Numbered from the stretch's first letter, positions 1 to 12,432 are shown. The stretch: 55,545 nucleotides of DNA from Octopus bimaculoides (GCF_001194135.2 NC_068982.1:180280978-180336522), one strand, 5' to 3'. A program made the numbers and translations. The notes: a model not told the origin generated them from the sequence alone.

Positions 1-62
<62 letters not shown>

Positions 63-558
63 TATATCAAAACCTTCATAAGCTGCAGCTTTAATAAATG
101 CATATTACTCTTCCTTTGGTATTCGTGTACTATTTGTTTTCCACCTTGTTTTGCGTTTATGTGCTTAGTCGTGTATATATGCAAGCGTGTATATCCGAAG
201 TAAACCGGGTGATAATACCATGTTGGTCTCAAGAAGACGTCCAAGGTGAGTCCGCGTAAACTTCAGCTATATGGTATAATTACAGTGAGCACTAAAACAG
301 ACAATAGAAAATGAACAAGGTTTAACAGTTACTGTGTTAGCTTAAGCTTTCAGTGGAAAGCGAAAGTGTCTTATTCTTTTAGATGTTAGACCTCTTGTTC
401 AACGTCCGAAACGTTAAGGCAACTTTGTCTTCCCATTAAAACGTTTAGCCAATACCATTTCTTGTTCAAACCTTCTCCCCGTATTATCATCTTTTCTATT
501 ATATATTGTATTTACACCCTGCACCCACACAAATGCACGCACGCACGCNNNNNNNNNN

Positions 559-600
<42 letters not shown>

Positions 601-968
601 CATATTCCATACATACATATACATACAAACACATATATGTTCCCACACACGAACTGTACAAACGATGTCAGGCAGTAACTATGAACCATCACTAAACTAT
701 TTGAACCAGTTAAGCAAGTGGTCAAATGTATTCTCTTACATGTATTCGTTCTGACTACATACACAATCAAATCTAATAATCTAAGTTCTCTAAAACGGTT
801 TATATGTACCTGTAGCAGCTGATATCAAAACGCTTCCCCTATCGATTGAATGAAATGACCGGCTTCTCACTGTCTGAAACGGCATCACTCACCCACCACC
901 TTAAACTTTTCTCTTTTACCTTCTATCGCAATTCCTGTAAGATTACTACCAGCAAAATGAAATTTACC

Positions 969-1161
969 CCTGTGTGGTAAGAAGCTTGCTGCCCAACCAC
1001 ATAGTTCCATCTTCAGTTCCACTACGTGACACTTTGGTCAAATGTCTTTTACTATAGCCTCGGGCCTTGTGAATGGATTTGGTAGATAAAAACAGAAAGG
1101 CGCCTGTTGTATGTATGTATGTATGTATGTATGTATGTATGTATGTATGTATGTATGTATG

Positions 1162-1193
<32 letters not shown>

Positions 1194-1224
1194 NNNNNNN
1201 NNNNNNNNNNNNNNNNNNNNNNNN

Positions 1225-1260
<36 letters not shown>

Positions 1261-1481
1261 TGTGTCTGTGTTTGTTCCGACCACCACATGACAACCAGTG
1301 CTGGGTGCTTACGTTCATGTAACCTAGCGGTTCGCCAAAAGAAACCGATAGAATAAGTGCCAAGTTAAAAATAAAAAAAGAGTCCTGTGATCGATTTGTT
1401 CGAATAAGACCTTCAAGGCGGTGCCACAGCGTGAGCGCAGTCGAGTGATTGAAACAAGCAAAAGATAAAAGATAAAAGATA
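969..1481 (+). mobile_element. tRNA-headed SINE family A, with internal (TATG)n/(TA)n/(TG)n microsatellite
   Basis: Head TGTGTGGTAAGAAGCTTGCT..TTCAGTTCCAC, body GTGAATGGATTTGGTAGA, 3' part CGATTTGTTCGA..GGCGGTGCCACAGC and (GATAAAA)n tail. Homologous copies lie at 28051-28440 and 35448-36062. Confidence 0.85.
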
Positions 1482-2386
1482 TTTTGCATGCTCTTCGTAC
1501 ATCAGAAAATACAACCATTTTTTTCTGGAGGAACGTTGATGAAAAATATCTGCTCCGGCTTTACAGAAATCTTATACTATCCGCTCCTCCACCATGTAGA
1601 TTTCATAAACAGTACTCACGCGAAAAGACAGTGAACAACTGCTACATTCACCTCCACATTACCGCATACTCAGAAAAAAAAAAAAGAAATCATAAAACCT
1701 TCCCATCCTCATTTCACCAGTCTCATCATAAAAATAGACATACTCACAAAATGTGAACATAGTTCCGGTAACAACAATGCAAGAAGCCTTTCAGCAGCTA
1801 AATGGAACGGAGGTTAATTCTAGATGCACTGTCTCGGAGATTATTGGTATCAGACAATGCATTCACGACTATCCCCCATCACCATCAAATTCTCTAATTG
1901 TTCTTTCTGTCTAGAAGAATCAGTCTTATTTCAGAAATATGCTAATGTCCGCATGTACAAAAATGGAAACTTCTCTCACCTTACCCACCGATGACCTAAT
2001 GCCATGCGTTATTCAGTAGCTGTCGATTTACTGATGTTCAAGAAGAGAAACTGCATTAATCTTACCATTAGTGCGAGATGGGGTGGTAGCTGAACTTTTT
2101 ATGGATATAACCCATTCTTCCTAATTAAAACCATTAAAAATTGAAATTCTGATTGATTTCTTTCACTTACAATTCTCTCTCTGTTAGTGACCATCATTAA
2201 TGGCTTCTCAGTCATTGTAAAGACACATTATACAAAACAATAAGCATTAGAGAGTTGTCAGCTATGTTCACTGGGTAATATGCCATAAGCCAATACACTG
2301 TCGATGAAAGTGAGATCAAGTAATGTACACATATATTATAACGTGTATAAGCATGTACTAAAACCGAATATATACCTGAGTAAGTG

Positions 2387-2712
2387 AAGGCGCGTGGCTT
2401 AGTGGTTAGGGTATTCAGCTCACGATCACTAGGTCGTGAATTCAATTCCTGGTGACGCAGTTGTGTCCTTGAGCAAGACACTTTATTTCACGTTGCTCCA
2501 GTTCACTCAGCTGGCAAAAAATGAGTAGTACCTGTATTTGGAAGGCCCAGACTTGTCACACTCTGTGTCATGTTGAATCTCTCTGAGAACTATGTTAAGA
2601 GAACTACACGTGTCTGTGGAGTGCCCCACCTCATGCACGTTAATTTCACGAGCAGGCTGTTTCGTTGATCGGATCAAGTGGAATCCTCATCGCCGTAACT
2701 GACAGAGTACCA
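2387..2712 (+). mobile_element. tRNA-headed SINE family B with CORE-like segment
   Basis: A-box TGGCTTAGTGG (2395-2405) and B-box-like GAATTCAATTCC (2438-2449), followed by TGTGTCCTTGAGCAAGACACTTT, which resembles the CORE-SINE central motif. No tRNA acceptor stem or 3' half. Confidence 0.8.
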
Positions 2713-3104
2713 ATGCCATACCTCAGTAGCATATCCCTGACCGTGTTTCTGCTTCCAGTAACTTGTGGTACCATACTGTAACCAGGAAAGCAGTCTTTGA
2801 TCGTTGATCGCATACTCTCCTCGTTCTCAGTGTTAATTAACATACACATGCTTTTATATGCCCTAACCTAGTCGAGGGAGCGTACATCCTGCAGCATAAT
2901 ACCATAGACTTACTTCAATTCAACTACCAACGGCGCATGTAAACCCTATCTTTTGTTTTAATATATTCTTTTGCAAAAAATAGGTAATTTTCCTTCTTGT
3001 CCCCTCTTGAATCTTTTCAAATATAACCATCAGGGAATTTTAAAGAAAACAATACATAAGCCTGTATTATCAAATGCGGTTTTATTTGTCAGAACCGTAT
3101 GGTG

Positions 3105-3175
3105 GCAGTCGAGGGAGATTTGGATGCTATTCTAGCTGGCTGAGCGTTCACATAGAGGCCTCTCTGCTGGCTCGA
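3105..3175 (+). repeat. Fragment of a short dispersed repeat (second fragment near 47050-47085)
   Basis: GAGATTTGGATGCTATTCTAGC here versus GTGATTTGGCTGCTGTTTCTTGC at about 47053. Confidence 0.4.
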
Positions 3176-4124
3176 TATCGTACGCTTAACTCGATGAAGA
3201 CCCATAGATTCGAAAGACACACTAGTAAGATACATAATCTCATATAAAACATAAACCAATACTATTCCAGTTTCAGGAGCAATTTCTCAATCGATGACAC
3301 TAAATTCAAAGATATGTTTTTCTCAGAACCTGATCAAACATTTACTGTAATTATGTACGTTGGAGAAAACAGATTAATATTGGTTTATGATCCGGAAATT
3401 CAGTTAATGTTTATAGAGAAATCATCTGGACTTTGTGCGGATCAATTGAAATACATATTCAATGTTGTAAATATAAAGAGATGGGCTCGTCTGTGTAGAC
3501 TCTGGCAAAACTGCCGTATCACACGCTAAGGTATAATTGCATTAGGANNNNNNNNNNNNNNNNNNNNNNNNNNNNNNNNNNNNNNNNNNNNNNNNNNNNN
3601 NNNNNNNNNNNNNNNNNNNNNNNNNNNNNNNNNNNNNNNNNNNNNNNNNNNNNNNNNNNNNNNNNNNNNNNNNNNNNNNNNNNNNNNNNNNNNNNNNNNN
3701 NNNNNNNNNNNNNNNNNNNNNNNNNNNNNNNNNNNNNNNNNNNNNNNNNNNNNNNNNNNNNNNNNNNNNNNNNNNNNNNNNNNNNNNNNNNNNNNNNNNN
3801 NNNNNNNNNNNNNNNNNNNNNNNNNNNNNNNNNNNNNNNNNNNNNNNNATATATATATATATATATATATACATAAATGTATATGCATATATGTAAAAAT
3901 ATATGTATATATGTGTATATATGTGTGCATATATACATATATACATTCACACACATATATATATATTCATATATATGTGTGTGTACAGTCTCAGTCTGTC
4001 TGTCTCTCTGTATCCATCAATCTAGCCTTCTATCTATGTACCTGGCAATGAAAATCCATACAATATTTCAAAAAATAAAGTGGAAGAAATGTACAAATTA
4101 CAAAGTTGTTTGAAATAACTTGGC

Positions 4125-4740
4125 ACGGTGATAGTACTACGGTGATAGTGATGATAACGGTAATAACGGTGATATCAGTGATGGTATATGCTGGCAGCTA
4201 TGATACTGGTGGTGTGGCAGTATTGATGTTGTTGATGATAAATGTAGTTGGTGGTTGTGGCAATGATTGCGGCAGTGGCGCTCGCGATGGGAATGGTGGT
4301 GGTGGTGATGGTGGTAGTGTTGGTAGTGATTGTGGTGTTGTTGGTACTGGTGTAACTGGCATGTTTGGCAATAATGAGAAAAAGAACAGTAACAGATTAC
4401 TACAGTAGCGTCGCCATCAAAAGAACAAACAGTGAAATGTTGTTAAAACTAATAACAATAATAACAGCTGCCACAACAACTACAACAATAACTGAAACAG
4501 CCGTTACAACTGCATGGACAACAACAGCACCAATATTAATAGAAGAACAATAACAACAACTCAATAAGTAATAACAACAACAATAATAATAATGATAATA
4601 ATAATAATAATAGCAACAAAACAACAAAAACAATGCTGACATACACGAATAATAATGGTGTAACAGCAACATATAATATTAAAAATAAAAACAATATTAC
4701 CAATAAGTAAAACAAAATGCGGCAACAACAACAGCAGGAA
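4125..4740. repeat. Low-complexity trinucleotide tract: GGT/GAT-rich, then AAC/AAT-rich
   Basis: Directly visible. It generates the spurious poly-G/V/T/L ORFs. Confidence 0.9.
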
Positions 4741-5190
4741 AAAATGTGAAATAAAATGAACAAAATCAAAGAATAACGTCCAATAAAAATGAAACAGTTC
4801 CCCAGAGAAAAGGAAGAGAATTGACCATTGTTTTCAATCAATATTTTCATCAATAAGATTATAACATATAATGTTTGTTGATAAATTTATAAGCTATAAA
4901 TTTGGTCGTTCCATTTAGGTTTTGTCATGCAAAACTATTATATTAGTTCACTTATTACTTTATATGCTCTGATTGTTTCCATTACTGTTCAATTTTTTTA
5001 TTGCTTCCATATAACGTGTTTTGCCTCAATAAAAATTGGTATTGGATATTGAATTAAATTATTTTATCAATAATAGATAGAAATTTTTATTTGCACAAAC
5101 ATACTCGTATATCAATGTACATATATTTACATATGTACATACGTACACAGATATATGCATATGCATAAACATATATTTGTATATATTTAA

Positions 5191-5240
<50 letters not shown>

Positions 5241-5368
5241 NNNNNNNNNNNNNNNNNNNNNNNNNNNNNNNNNNNNNNNNNNNNNNNNNNNNNNNNNNNN
5301 NNNNNNNNNNNNNNNNNNNNNNNNNNNNNNNNNNNNNNNNNNNNNNNNNNNNNNNNNNNNNNNNNNNN

Positions 5369-5434
<66 letters not shown>

Positions 5435-8400
5435 CGCACACACGCATATGTAAGCAGTTTAGATAATTTCGATTTTGAGCCAGCGAGTTGTTTCTGATAG
5501 ACACCTACATCAAGAGATTGAAAGCAAAAAAAAAAAAGAACTATAAACAATAACAACAAAAACATATAAAGGTTTATAGTTTATTCATGTTGTTTGTATC
5601 TGTTTTAGATAGGAATATTTAAACATGAATTCAAAGCAAAACATAAATAAAAAGAAGATAATTTTTGTGACCGACTACGTTAGGGATCGAACTAAATATC
5701 CTTTAGATTTAGGTCGAAAACTTTCGAAGTTTTGATGGGAATAAAACTATTAGTTTATAGATTTTTCATTCTACCTGTATTAATATGGCAATCTATTATA
5801 TTCATATAGCTGTGTCTTCAGACAGTTCTGAAATTCTTTATCCATGGTACATTAATTTTGTTTTTAATATATCACGCCGTTCGTGTAATTTTACAGTTCT
5901 TATCACAAACATCTAAAAGCCATGTTGGTTTGTTTTCTTTTATTGCTTCTTTTTTTTTTCTTTTATGAAATATCATTCTTAATGACCTGACGCTCTGACA
6001 ATACTTTGTCAATTTTAAAGTTAAATAAACTCTAGGAAGGATCTAAAACATTTTAATAAATGATGGATTTTCTCAGCAGATCAGATTTAGCATCTTGATA
6101 TGTTTGGTTTTACTTTATATGTAATATGTTCTGGGCCGTATGGAATCATGAATTAGATGATGCTTATTTTGTATTCAGTACTATTAAGCCGACCATTGTA
6201 TATTACTTAAGTTATAGGCTAGGCTCAGTAATCATAGTGGCAACCATGCACAGGCGAATGTATACATATATATANNNNNNNNNNNNNNNNNNNNNNNNNN
6301 NNNNNNNNNNNNNNNNNNNNNNNNNNNNNNNNNNNNNNNNNNNNNNNNNNNNNNNNNNNNNNNNNNNNNNNNNNNNNNNNNNNNNNNNNNNNNNNNNNNN
6401 NNNNNNNNNNNNNNNNNNNNNNNNNNNNNNNNNNNNNNNNNNNNNNNNNNNNNNNNNNNNNNNNNNNNNNNNNNNNNNNNNNNNNNNNNNNNNNNNNNNN
6501 NNNNNNNNNNNNNNNNNNNNNNNNNNNNNNNNNNNNNNNNNNNNNNNNNNNNNNNNNNNNNNNNNNNNNNNNNNNNNNNNNNNNNNNNNNNNNNNNNNNN
6601 NNNNNNNNNNNNNNNNNNNNNNNNNNNNNNGATATGTAATGCACATTAAGTTTCATAAAAAAGCAATTATATTTATATTCTTCATAGTAAAGAAAATGGT
6701 TACAGTACATGCATTTATGTATACGTGAGCAAAAAAGGTAAAAACAAAAGCATCTATAGCAAACATGAAAAAAGAAAAAAAGAAAGTGTTGATCAGGTTA
6801 GTTTCTTATCTTGTCCGACTTCTACCGAAGAGAGAAAGTACATCTTCTCTCCATGAAGTTGTTGCCTGTAGCTATGTAGAATTAAGCACATGAAAACTGC
6901 TTCGTTAAATATGTGTGGTAGTGAATTTTGGTAATTAGTTAATAATACATTACTCAGTGATTTTTAATTATCAATTACTTGAAATATAATGCGTTTATGT
7001 GATACCCGTACAGTTTTTCCCCATTCCAGTTAAAATAAAACTGAGTCGATGGTGGTGTATTGACAATACTGTTTACGTTTCGGACAAAATGCTGTATTTG
7101 TGCTATTTCTTCCGTCTCGTTTTGTTCTAAACGACTATGAAAGATGAAAGATGAAAGATGCCAAAATCAAAGCAACGGAAACTGTTTCTATTCTCACGCA
7201 AAAATTCCAAGAACATCACATTATAGTAAATGTTATAGTAAATCCAATTTATTAGACATCTTATTTTAATCGACATAGAATTCCATTTAAGCATCAAGTT
7301 GGTAATTTTTGTCAGTTAGTGTGCAATTAATATGTCAGAAAAGGAGAAATTCCATGCTGAAATTTTAATGCATTTACATTATTTTGCCGACAAATTTACA
7401 CTTATCGTAGAATTCGCATTAGGTTGTTCGTGAATTTAATTGTGAAAGCATGAACAAATTGCTAAAATTGATCACAGTTCAGAGAGATATGCTGTGAAAG
7501 GTTAAATTCAAGTTAACCACCGTCTTACGTATCTCTTCTATAGTCAGACTGCAGTGATTCACTTTTTGAACCAGAACTTTACTACTGAGTGTTAAATTCT
7601 GGAGAAGATTGACAATTTACCCCAATAACCTTGAAATGATGTCTTGAAACAACCACATGATTAAATATTGTGTTTCTGATATGCTAACCTGAAATGAAGA
7701 AATTCATCTCTCCGTAACTCTTTAAGAATTCTCTTGTACATACACACGAACACGTACATAGATGGCTACATAGATGAATACTTACAGAGTAATTTCGAAA
7801 ATGATCGATGAAATCACAACACAAGGCGCTGGTTAAGTAGTGAAATAAAAAAAAATGTCCTGGTAATTAGATACCTTCACGTGATTTTAATGCTTGGTTT
7901 TCTTAATAAAAATCCTTCAGTTTGCTGCAGACCAGTTCTAACTAGATGCAGAGGAATTCTTTACACGCACTTTGCAATATTTTGTTATAATATAAGTACA
8001 TTCAAAAATTTTGTTTCTTGAATAACAGATAATTTGCAAACCAGTTACTTTCCACTTAAAACTGAGTATAAAAGTTATTATGTTTTTAAACAGCAGAATT
8101 CTTGTTACGAACGTTCTGTTCCATTAGTCGTCTATCAATGTGCGATGCCACATTCTAACAGAAGTCCTTAAGCAACACTGTCTAAATAGAATAGAAAATT
8201 GATTTAATTTAAAATCTAAATAAGTATGTGCCTGAATAACATGTAATTTGGCCAATATTCTCGAAATCTCTATTATTCCATATTGATTTAATAAAATAAA
8301 ATAAATTCAATTTCAACACACGATTTCAATTATAAAATTAAAGTATCTATCTAGCTGCCACCAGTGATTAATTATCAATTTGCCTATCCGCACCTACAGC

Positions 8401-8688
8401 TACTCCTGTATGTCAATATGTCATGCTGTTTACGCAATAGAAATAATTATTTCCAAAAATAAAATGCAGCTTCTTGATTTAATATCTTTTTAGAGTTGAT
8501 TGCTGAAACAGAAATTATTATAAATTAATAAATTCAAATTATTTTGTCAGGCTGTGATATACGCAATTTATACACAATTATTTTAAATTGTTTTTATTGA
8601 AACAGCCTTTATGCTGTTTCCTCTCTCAGAGTCTAAAAAGCTATGGAGCTAGTTTTTACAGACGTTATCGATATCCCCCATCTTATCT

Positions 8689-8785
8689 CCAATATTACAT
8701 GTAATTAGTAGAGCTGTTTCCATGTATTTAACTGCTCCAATATTAAATGTGATTAGTTAGAGTTATTTCCATGTATTTAACTGTA
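8689..8785. repeat. Tandem duplication, 2 units of about 49 bp
   Basis: CCAATATTACATGTAATTAGTAGAGCTGTTTCCATGTATTTAACTG followed by CCAATATTAAATGTGATTAGTTAGAGTTATTTCCATGTATTTAACTG. Confidence 0.85.
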
Positions 8786-8870
8786 GCGATGTCTACTGTT
8801 TCGAGTTGAATCTCTGTTAGATCTGTTAGCAGGCTTTCTTGTTAGAGCGAATGGACAAAGCTATAACATC

Positions 8871-8871
<1 letters not shown>

Positions 8872-8930
<59 letters not shown>
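8872..8930. repeat. (CT)n microsatellite
   Basis: Directly visible. Confidence 0.95.
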
Positions 8931-9124
8931 ACACAGTTATTCTATCAGCTAAGCTATTTAGCTAATGTACAACAGTCTAAGTGGATGAGTATTCCACGGG
9001 TTACTCGTACCTCCAAAATAGTCCTCATGCAGTGCCAAGCATGTGATAAGGCTGAATATTTGAGTTACAGGTACTGTAAATCTGATGGGTTTCTCCATTT
9101 TCTATCAAACTGATTTCATTTGAC

Positions 9125-9210
9125 CCGAAGCTGCTTAAGATGCTACACAATGAGATCGAAACTAGGACCTCTTAACTGTGAAGCAAGCTTCTTAACTGCT
9201 CAACTATACC
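9125..9210 (-). mobile_element. Degenerate 5' head of SINE family A
   Basis: Reverse complement reads GGTATAGTTGAGCAGTTAAGAAGCTTGCTTCACAG..GTTTCGATCTCATTGTGTAGCATCTT, matching the SINE A head. Confidence 0.55.
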
Positions 9211-9340
9211 TCAGTCGATAAAATACATCACATGCAATACATACACGCAAAGACACGCGCGCATACATACACATCTGCACATATTTACATATATACACAT
9301 ATGTACACATACATCGAATGTGTTATAGAGACTTGCATGG

Positions 9341-10667
9341 GTTACGCATGGGTTAGACGCTATCTAATAGAGAACGCAAATACGAAATGTAATCAAACAA
9401 ACTCGTTTGTATCAGTTCATGTGAGTGACACCTAAGTGGAACAAGCACAGTTAATGATTAATTTTTCGGATACGTATATATATATATATATATATATATA
9501 CTCCCCTTATAGAGTACTTTACTTCTTTAGCTTGTTTTAGTCATCATGATCAAGGCAAGTGTGCAGCACAATCTTCGCAGACCCTTACAAATAAATACAT
9601 ATTTGATAATTGTTCTCTATTTTAACGAGTATATCCATTACTGCCAATTAAAAGAGGTAAATTCCAATATTTTCATCGAAGCCCCTGCGAAATTAAGTCA
9701 AGATCATCTTGCATTAATATTTCGTTGAGACTTTAAGGGGCAAGCTGGCAGAATCGTTAGCAGGCCGGACAGAATGCTTAGCAGCATTTCGTCCGCCTTT
9801 ACGTTCTGAGTTAAAATTCCACCGAGGTCGGCTTAGTCATTCAACCTTTCAGGGGTCGATATAATAAGAACCAATCGACTCACCCCACCTCTCCTCGACA
9901 TCTTGCTGGCTTTGTGCCAAAATGTGAAATCAATATCTCGACAAGATTTATTGTCAACGCTATGGAGCCCGTTCAGGAACCGAGACACAATATCTATCCC
10001 AGCAATTTCTGAATTTTTTTTCAGACTGAGCTCTTCCATAAACATTTTAAAACGGAAGTTAATGGGAGTCGCACTTCCTGTAGTTTTGAAATAGGTTCTG
10101 AACTTGTAATGTATTTATGCAAATGCTGCTTAGTCTGTCAACTAAAGACAGATTTATCATTCTTTATGACAAGTAATGTATTCCTGCTGAGTTTCTAGCA
10201 AGCAACCCTCCTCACCAAGTTAGATCGGTTAGGTAACAGTTTAGTCACCAACGCAGTCATGCAACAAGCTCTATTAGATTACCAGTAGCGCTCTAAGGAG
10301 GACATGACAATACACACACATAAATACACAAACATACACACACGCATATACATGTATGTATATATATATATATATACATATATACATATAGTGTATATAT
10401 GCATATATATATGACTGCTTGTATATATACATGTATATAAATATGTGTGTATATATGTTTACCTATAAACAAACGGACATATAAAAACACACACACACAC
10501 ACACACATATATATACATACATACATATACGTATCCTAAAAAATAGTTATTAACTGTGCTTGTTCCACTTAGGTGTCACTCACATGAATTGATACAGACA
10601 AACGAGTTTGTTTGATTACATTTCGTATTTGCGTTTTTTATTAGATAGCCTCTAACCCATGCGTAAC
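9341..10667. repeat. Long inverted repeat: arms 9341-9478 and 10526-10667, spacer about 1.05 kb
   Basis: GTTACGCATGGGTTAG..GTGAGTGACACCTAAGTGGAACAAGCACAGTTAAT..GGATACGTATA is present in reverse complement at 10526-10667, with few mismatches and one 4-nt indel. Confidence 0.9.
9735..9932 (+). mobile_element. tRNA-headed SINE family C
   Basis: GGCAAGCTGGCAGAATCGTTAGC..CGTTCTGAGTTAAAATTCCACCGAGGTCG..GCTTTGTGCCAAAATGTGAAATCA, homologous to many other copies in the window. Confidence 0.85.
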
Positions 10668-11410
10668 ATACTCATACATATGAAACACCTACATCATGTA
10701 CACGCGCGTACTCACGCACGCACGCACACACACACACATACACACANNNNNNNNNNNNNNNNNNNNNNNNNNNNNNNNNNNNNNNNNNNNNNNNNNNNNN
10801 NNNNNNNNNNNNNNNNNNNNNNNNNNNNNNNNNNNNNNNNNNNNNNNNNNNNNNNNNNNNNNNNNNNNNNNNNNNNNNNNNNNNNNNNNNNNNNNNNNNN
10901 NNNNNNNNNNNNNNNNNNNNNNNNNNNNNNNNNNNNNNNNNNNNNNNNNNNNNNNNNNNNNNNNNNNNNNNNNNNNNNNNNNNNNNNNNNNNNNNNNNNN
11001 NNNNNNNNNNNNNNNNNNNNNNNNNNNNNNNNNNNNNNNNNNNNNNNNNNNNNNNNNNNNNNNNNNNNNNNNNNNNNNNNNNNNNNNNNNNNNNNNNNNN
11101 NNNNNNNNNNNNNNNNNNNNNNNNNNNNNNNNNNNNNNNNNNNNNNNNNNNNNNNNNNNNNNNNNNNNNNNNNNNNNNNNNNNNNNNNNNNNNNNNNNNN
11201 NNNNNNNNNNNNNNNNNNNNNNNNNNNNNNNNNNNNNNNNNNNNNNNNNNNNNNNNNNNNNNNNNNNNNNNNNNNNNNNNNNNNNNNNNNNNNNNNNNNN
11301 NNNNNNNNNNNNNNNNNNNNNNNNNNNNNNNNNNNNNNNNNNNNNNNNNNNNNNNNNNNNNNNNNNNNNNNNNNNNNNNNNNNNNNNNNNNNNNNNNNNN
11401 NNNNNNNNNN

Positions 11411-11457
<47 letters not shown>

Positions 11458-11680
11458 TATTATTATTATTACTATTGAGTGAGAGAGCAGTGCATGCCAT
11501 CAAAGTGACACTGGGGTAAAATATACAAAGCCCATTATACCCATCATGACTACCCGTCTGATAAGGGTACACCAGGCACATGCATCACAACCATATGTAC
11601 GCGACATGGTGATCTTATATCAAGATAAACGGCACATGACCTCGCAGGTGGGGCCCAGTTAGAATTTTCTTCAGGTCGAG
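11458..11680 (-). mobile_element. 3' end of a retroposed element with (AAT)n tail; probable 3'UTR of the Dong/R4 LINE or its non-autonomous partner
   Basis: The minus strand ends ..CTCTCTCACTCAATAGTAATAATAATAAT. It joins the plus-strand LINE ORF relic abruptly at about 11680. Confidence 0.55.
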
Positions 11681-12432
11681 TGTCGAAACACACGAAGAAG
11701 GCCGGCGACATCAAAACTGAAAATTGTGTGACTAACGAAAAATTTAAACAAGAAATGAAGAAAAAAAAATGTAAGGAAAAGAAAATGTACGGTCGGTTTG
11801 CAAGAGATGCTAAGACAAATACAGAGGACCGGTGGCTGTGGATGAGGAGGAGTGACCTAAAGATAAAGACAGAAGCACTCATATGCGCAGCTCAGGAACA
11901 AGCGTTAAGGACCAATTATATGAAGTGCAGAATTGGCAACATTACCGATAGCGACAAATGCAGAATGTGTGGTGAGACGGGAGAAACGGTATGGCACATC
12001 GTTAGCGAATGCCCGAATTTGGCACAACGCGAATATAAACGACGCCATGACAAAATAGTAAGAATGATCAATTGGGAGCTCTGTGGAAATCACAGCGTAC
12101 AAAGAACAAAGACGTGGTATGAGAAAACCCCAGAAGGAGTCACCGAAAATGAGAATTGCAAAATCCTGTGAGATGTAATGATCCAGTGCGATCACCTGGA
12201 CAGATATCGGAAACCGGATATTGTTGTGGTGAATAAAAAACAAAGAACATGTATTATAATCGACATAGCATGCCCCGGTGACAACAGGATCAATGTGAAA
12301 GAGGAAGAAAAAAATTAACCCCTACGACGATTTAAAGAGGGAAATAAGAAGGTTGTGATCAATGAAGAGAGCAGACGTGATACCAATAGTAACTGGTGCA
12401 CTTGGAAGTATCCGCACTCAGCTACCAACATG
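11680..12432 (+). pseudogene. C-terminal ORF relic of an R4/Dong-clade (RLE endonuclease) non-LTR retrotransposon
   Basis: TEALICAAQEQALRTN; CCHC knuckle CRMCGETGETVWHIVSEC; YKRRHD; KIL*D; RKPDIVV..IIIDIACP..KEEEK (PD-D/ExK); VIPIVTGALG. Two TGA stops sit at Trp positions and there is a frameshift in the A-run near 12310. The relic runs into a 100-N gap. Confidence 0.9.

Noticed and set aside
2387-2460. tRNA gene
   Set aside because: A and B boxes are present but there is no cloverleaf or acceptor stem, and it continues into a SINE body. The same applies to the SINE A and C heads.
3190-3220. CTCGATGAAG..TTCGAAAGAC as another hammerhead remnant
   Set aside because: The core is altered and no stem II can be formed.
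4125-4740. GGT/GAT block followed by AAC/AAT block as a designed fold-back
   Set aside because: The complementarity is only compositional and no specific arm alignment is visible.
8352-8364. AGCTGCCACCA recurring at about 8353, 39672 and 44216 as a regulatory motif
   Set aside because: It is short, one instance lies in a repeat, and I cannot show enrichment without computation.
12169-12360. TGA at conserved Trp positions (also in the mariner and Chapaev relics), suggesting an alternative genetic code or targeted G-to-A editing
   Set aside because: The same ORFs use TGG for Trp and contain frameshifts and other stops. TGG-to-TGA is an ordinary transition, and the numbers are too small.
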